The position numbers and the translations under genes were made by a program. From Minisyncoccota bacterium (lineage in GTDB: Bacteria; Patescibacteriota; Minisyncoccia; Phycocordibacterales; XYD1-FULL-46-19): DNA of 64,000 bases. The stretch is from assembly GCA_041664425.1 (NCBI GenBank), contig JBAYKU010000001.1:29272-93271 (forward strand). The letters are read 5' to 3'. The notes below the pieces were generated by a model. That model did not search any database, was not told where the DNA came from, and saw only the letters and a list, made by a program, of their open reading frames with translations. Each line of letters begins with the position of its first letter. The stretch's first letter is position 1. Shown piece by piece: positions 60,022 through 64,000 of this stretch.

Positions 60022-61080
60022 TCAGCCTTTGCTGCTGGAACCGAGGTTGCCGTAGAAACGGAACCCACTTGATCCCTTTAGGTAATCGCCGGTGATGGTG
60101 ATCACCACTTTGTCGTACCCGGCAGGCAAAGAGACGTTGGGCCAGCAACCGTTCTGGTCGTTGACAGAATAGTCTCCCGACCATTGCCACCAGCAGATCT
60201 GCGTCAGTGAGCCGTTGGCTTCAACTGCGTTGACCTTGATGTTCGGGTTGCCGATGTCGGTAACTGCAAAGTATGCCGACTGACCCTTCAGGTCAGCCAT
60301 GTAGACTTTGGCTGCTCCTCTGTCGATTTGCCCGTCGAACTGCTGTCCGACGAGGTTTTGCCATTTGTCGTTCTCGAACAGGGGAACGACATTGCCAGCA
60401 TGGGTGACGCTGATGACCGAAGAATCCGTTCCAGAAACGTTTTGGTCCTGAGTATGCCCGACAGCGATGGCGAGGCCAGTGGTTCGGTCAACGATCTGGT
60501 ATGCCTGATTCATGCTCGGGTTGTACCAAAGCGTGAACCCGCCGTTATTCTGGTCGTACGCGCCGACGAAACCCTCACCGTCAACCCGAACTTCCAGATT
60601 GTTTGAGTTGATGCCGTCCGGGCAGGTGAAGGTAATGAACTTGCTCTTGCTGTACGGGTACATGACAACCTTGATGGATTGCCCGTCTTTGAGTAGGTCG
60701 GTATCGAACCGACCATATCCCGTTCCTTCGCCTTGTTCGTTGACACCCCTCAAGTAGAGGGAGAACTTGGAGCAAATCCCTTCCGCGTTCTGAGGTAGGC
60801 CGGGCAGGCCGTTCGGGCCAGTATCCACGCTCTGGTTGTTGATGACCAATTCGTGGATGAAACCATTCTTGTCCATTGCGAAGTCGCCGTAGACGTAGGT
60901 TTCGTAGCCGTTCACTCCGACTCGGTTAAACCAGAAACTGCCGGTGTACGACACCGCTGGGTTGGTAACCAGCGCCGCCGCCGCCAGCTCCGAATTGATT
61001 GGAGCCTCGTCGGCAAACACCACCGCCGTAAAGCCGAAGAAAAACAACATAACCACAAGAACAACAAGATGCTTTTTCAT
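60022..61080 (-). CDS. GC-rich secreted hypothetical protein (352 aa)
   Basis: Signal peptide MKKHLVVLVVMLFFFGFTAVVFA. About 52-54% GC, versus about 43% for the window. Confidence 0.5.
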   Translation of the reverse strand: MKKHLVVLVVMLFFFGFTAVVFADEAPINSELAAAALVTNPAVSYTGSFWFNRVGVNGYETYVYGDFAMDKNGFIHELVINNQSVDTGPNGLPGLPQNAEGICSKFSLYLRGVNEQGEGTGYGRFDTDLLKDGQSIKVVMYPYSKSKFITFTCPDGINSNNLEVRVDGEGFVGAYDQNNGGFTLWYNPSMNQAYQIVDRTTGLAIAVGHTQDQNVSGTDSSVISVTHAGNVVPLFENDKWQNLVGQQFDGQIDRGAAKVYMADLKGQSAYFAVTDIGNPNIKVNAVEANGSLTQICWWQWSGDYSVNDQNGCWPNVSLPAGYDKVVITITGDYLKGSSGFRFYGNLGSSSKG

Positions 61081-61135
61081 TTGAAATCCCCTTCGTTTTT
61101 TCTGCGTTTAGTCTCACCACCATTGGTGATACTTA

Positions 61136-61417
61136 CTACATGACCGAGACCTGGTGGGTCTTGGTCGAAAAACCTAGTGACTTGAGTTTATTGGTTGTTT
61201 CCGGCGATGGGCCAGGAACTACCTTGATGGTCTTTCTGTCCTTTTGGGGGACAGCGACGGCATCTTTGTGACTGCCGTCTGGGGCGATGATAGTCACCGG
61301 TTTCGACAAGGTTGTCGTTTCCGGCTTTTGACGCAGTGTCGATAGAGCCAGAAAGACCCCAATCAATACTGCTACTACCATCAAAAGCACCCACATCGGG
61401 ATCTTCTCTTTCAGCAT
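61136..61417 (-). CDS. Small membrane-anchored hypothetical protein
   Basis: 93 aa with an N-terminal TM. Elevated GC. Confidence 0.4.
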   Translation of the reverse strand: MLKEKIPMWVLLMVVAVLIGVFLALSTLRQKPETTTLSKPVTIIAPDGSHKDAVAVPQKDRKTIKVVPGPSPETTNKLKSLGFSTKTHQVSVM

Positions 61418-61626
61418 TTCTCTTCTCCTCCGTTGTCAATCCACCCTCGGGGTGGTTCCAAAACAATAAAAGGCCACATGGCCTTATCTTCCGTCATTTA
61501 TTATATACCTAAATTGACAAAAAGTCAATAGTAAATGATAAAATATGGCCAATAATAAGGGTATAATTTAAAAGAAGCCATAAAAATAGACTTTTTGCTG
61601 CAAATTGAATAGAATATGGTGAACGG

Positions 61627-61718
61627 GGAGAGGTGGCTGAGTGGCCGAAAGCGCCTCACTGCTAACGAGGTAGGGGTTTTAAAGCCCCTCGAGGGTTCGA
61701 ATCCCTCCCTCTCCGCCA
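61627..61718 (+). tRNA. tRNA-Ser (anticodon GCU) with long variable arm and encoded CCA
   Basis: Acceptor ggagagg/cctctcc, anticodon loop cTGCTAa, variable arm gtaggggttttaaagcccctc, T-arm gaggg-ttcgaat-ccctc, then gCCA. Confidence 0.85.
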
Positions 61719-61817
61719 GGACAATTTAGTATCGGTTAGACCCATATAATACTCCAAAAGATATGGTTTACAGATACATCAAAAAAACACCGACGGAATT
61801 TCGTTAGTGTTTTTTGG

Positions 61818-62756
61818 TTATTTGCCACGATTCTTTTTTCTTGCAGCAATTTCTGGCACACCTTGACCAGGAGTTATGATAGTTTGGGCTTTCACATTTT
61901 TGAGCCTTTGTACTAATTTTGCCATTGATACACCTGTACGTTTTCTTTCCTCTATCATATTCGCAATATCGTCTCCAGATATGGTTGTTCCCTTATCTGC
62001 CTTAATCATTATCCCTACGTTAAAATCAGCGTTTTCTTCGTCGTCGGTATATCTCATTCCATCAATCAATTCTTCTGGGGTCATATGGTCAAAAACCGTT
62101 TGCATTCCTGCACCGTGAATATGTTTAGCTTTTAGTCGATCAAACTTGTCATTTTTAACGGCAAAAGAAAATTTATCATAGTCATCAAACGGGATGTGAA
62201 ATCCATTGTAGTTTATAATGACATTGCCATTAACTTTCATTTGAAAATGAAAGTGCGGGACCCTACCTTCCTGGCGATCTTTATGGCCAGCCAAATCTCC
62301 TTGGGAGCACGAGAATGACCATTCAAGATGTTTATACTTTATTGTTTCTTCAATTACCTTTGACGAAGATTTTTCTTCAACCAAATCGTTGATGTTCTTA
62401 AATGGTTTCTCGCAATTTGCAACCCAGCGCAAATAAGCTTCTAATCGGTGGAAACCTTTGTTTTTGAATAACAGAGGGAAATGTTTCTTTTTAAATCCTT
62501 TCGGTTTAAGTAGCCAATGGAAACATGGTTTTCTCTCAGAGAAATGTGTAAGTGGATAACCACAATAATTGCACCTTCCTTTTAATAAGGCAGTTTTTAA
62601 TTCTTGAAAATCCCTCTCATTTATCTGGTGCTCTTTCTCGCTTTCTTTGGCCAGTTGCTCTGGAGACAAACTGTTGAGATAGTCATTAAGTTTATTAAAT
62701 CTCTCATCTTCATCCATAGACGAAACCATTAAACTCTCTTTGGGAAGATTATTCAA
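61818..62756 (-). CDS. Hypothetical protein co-transcribed with the serine recombinase (C-x2-C...C motif)
   Basis: 312-aa ORF with a 4-nt overlap with the recombinase stop. No recognised family. Confidence 0.45.
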   Translation of the reverse strand: MNNLPKESLMVSSMDEDERFNKLNDYLNSLSPEQLAKESEKEHQINERDFQELKTALLKGRCNYCGYPLTHFSERKPCFHWLLKPKGFKKKHFPLLFKNKGFHRLEAYLRWVANCEKPFKNINDLVEEKSSSKVIEETIKYKHLEWSFSCSQGDLAGHKDRQEGRVPHFHFQMKVNGNVIINYNGFHIPFDDYDKFSFAVKNDKFDRLKAKHIHGAGMQTVFDHMTPEELIDGMRYTDDEENADFNVGIMIKADKGTTISGDDIANMIEERKRTGVSMAKLVQRLKNVKAQTIITPGQGVPEIAARKKNRGK

Positions 62757-64000
62757 TTATTTGTCAGGGTCAAGTTTTTATCTTTATAGACAATCCTCGA
62801 TCTCAAGTTCGCTAGTAGCTCTCGTTTCTCGGTAGTTGTGCCTTCCTTGAGAATATACTTGGCATAATTGCGGATGTCGGTTTCTGGATTGGTTATGATT
62901 TTCCCTTTGGCCCCAAGTACCGAACGTTGGAATATATTAAACCTGGCAATTTCTTCTTCCAGTTTTTGTCTCATGCCCAGCTCGTTGATATTTACCTTAT
63001 CGAGGATTTTAAGCAATTCGGTAATTAGTTCCTCTTCTCGGATGTATTTATTTTTGCAGTTACGATCTCTGGCTCGGGAGCATGAATAGTAGATATAACG
63101 ATTGGCTCCGCCACCGACCAATTGTTTCCATTTCTCTTCAGCCGAGATGCCTGAGCCACAATAACCGCAAGTGAATAATTTGGTGAAGGAAAATTCTTTG
63201 GTTTCTCTGACAATCTGATCACGCTTTAATTGAGCCTTGGCTTTTTCAAACAAGTCTTGGTCAATAATTGGCTCGTGTTTGCCGGTATACCAATTACCAC
63301 TTTCTTTGGGATGTTCAAAAACCCCATAATAAAAAGGGTTGTCTAAAATCCTATAAATACCACTTAAGGTTAACGGCTTGTTGCCTCTAGTATAAAAATT
63401 CAATTCAAATTTTAGCCAGTTAAATATCTTTCGGCCGGAGTAATGCTCGTAGGCTACTTTCTCAAACATCTTTTTGATAATTGGGGCTCGGGCTGGATCA
63501 ATTAATATCTGACATTTTTTGTCCATCATCTTTTGATTGAGATACCCCAGTGGGGCCACCCCTGGCCACAGGCCCATCTCGACCCTCGCTCGCAATCCAC
63601 GCTTCACATTTACGCTCTTGTTGTCGTTTTCTAACTTGGCCGTGCTACCAAGGATCATTAACAAAAATTTCTCATTTGGGTTGTTGGTAAATCGCTGACC
63701 GTAAGTCCTGATTTCGTGGAGTTTGCCCGAATCCATCAAATCCACGATTTTGCCTAAGTCCCCAGCGTTTCTTGATATGCGGTCAGGGGCCCAGGTCAGA
63801 ATACCATTAAATTTACCTTGTTTTAGCTCCTCGATAATCTCATTAAAAACTGGCCTTTGCCCGGTCTCCTTAGCCGAATGCGACTCTCGCTTCATTGTCA
63901 CAATCTCTAGATTTTCCCGCTCGGCCAGCTGGAGCATCTCCTTAATTTGGCTATCGATGCTCAAAACCTGCCTTTCCTCAGATTCAGTACTTTTCCTCGC
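62753..64000 (-). CDS. Large serine recombinase (integrase/transposase type). Its N-terminus, including the predicted catalytic Ser region, lies beyond the window end.
   Basis: The frame is open to base 64000. Resolvase-domain motif ...GQRPVFNEIIEELKQGKFNGILTWAPDRISRN, a recombinase domain, and zinc ribbon CGYCGSG...YYSCSRARDRNC. Confidence 0.75.
   Translation of the reverse strand, partial: ARKSTESEERQVLSIDSQIKEMLQLAERENLEIVTMKRESHSAKETGQRPVFNEIIEELKQGKFNGILTWAPDRISRNAGDLGKIVDLMDSGKLHEIRTYGQRFTNNPNEKFLLMILGSTAKLENDNKSVNVKRGLRARVEMGLWPGVAPLGYLNQKMMDKKCQILIDPARAPIIKKMFEKVAYEHYSGRKIFNWLKFELNFYTRGNKPLTLSGIYRILDNPFYYGVFEHPKESGNWYTGKHEPIIDQDLFEKAKAQLKRDQIVRETKEFSFTKLFTCGYCGSGISAEEKWKQLVGGGANRYIYYSCSRARDRNCKNKYIREEELITELLKILDKVNINELGMRQKLEEEIARFNIFQRSVLGAKGKIITNPETDIRNYAKYILKEGTTTEKRELLANLRSRIVYKDKNLTLTNN

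Larger units (their letters stand above)
61719..64000. mobile_element. Putative integrative element boundary: tRNA-Ser 3' end next to a serine recombinase module, with the element extending beyond the window
   Basis: tRNA gene with its 3' end facing the recombinase operon. See findings. Confidence 0.4.

Overview
This 64 kb, roughly 43% GC window uses the standard genetic code and looks like a reduced-genome bacterium of the CPR/Patescibacteria (Saccharibacteria-like) type. The main reasons are a type IV pilus operon, a two-ORF ComEC, a partial glycolysis gene pair, no L30 between rpsE and rplO, and ribosomal proteins with terminal extensions.

Gene order, left to right:
- A 5'-truncated secreted Gly/Thr-rich protein, then a type IV pilus operon (pilB, pilC, three pseudopilin/PilX-like genes).
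- tpiA and pgk, then a HIT protein on the minus strand, recJ and rnhA.
- A locus of a hypothetical gene plus ComEC split into two ORFs, whose upstream region shares a conserved promoter/operator module with pilB.
- An RlpA-like gene, rpmB and a site-2 protease.
- The str operon (rpsL, rpsG, fusA), separated from tuf by a repeat element, three hypothetical genes and a type IV pilin.
- The S10 and spc ribosomal operons, which contain three unusual insertions (detailed in the findings).
- secY, a MacAB-like HlyD/ABC/FtsX export system, then adk, map and ndk.
- An RNase J-like beta-CASP gene, a LOG-family gene, and the infC-rpmI-rplT operon on the minus strand.
- smpB followed by tmRNA (ssrA), an ANT(6)-like nucleotidyltransferase, a NUDIX hydrolase and an S9 peptidase.
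- glyQS, a MITE-like element with terminal inverted repeats, a GC-rich secreted ORF and ftsH (apparently on a leaderless mRNA).
- tRNA-Ile with a UAU anticodon, recG, and GC-rich secreted-protein genes.
- tRNA-Ser(GCU) next to a large serine recombinase that runs off the window end, suggesting an integrative element.

Several families of dispersed palindromic repeats recur in intergenic regions. There is no CRISPR array, no rRNA and no recognisable defence system.
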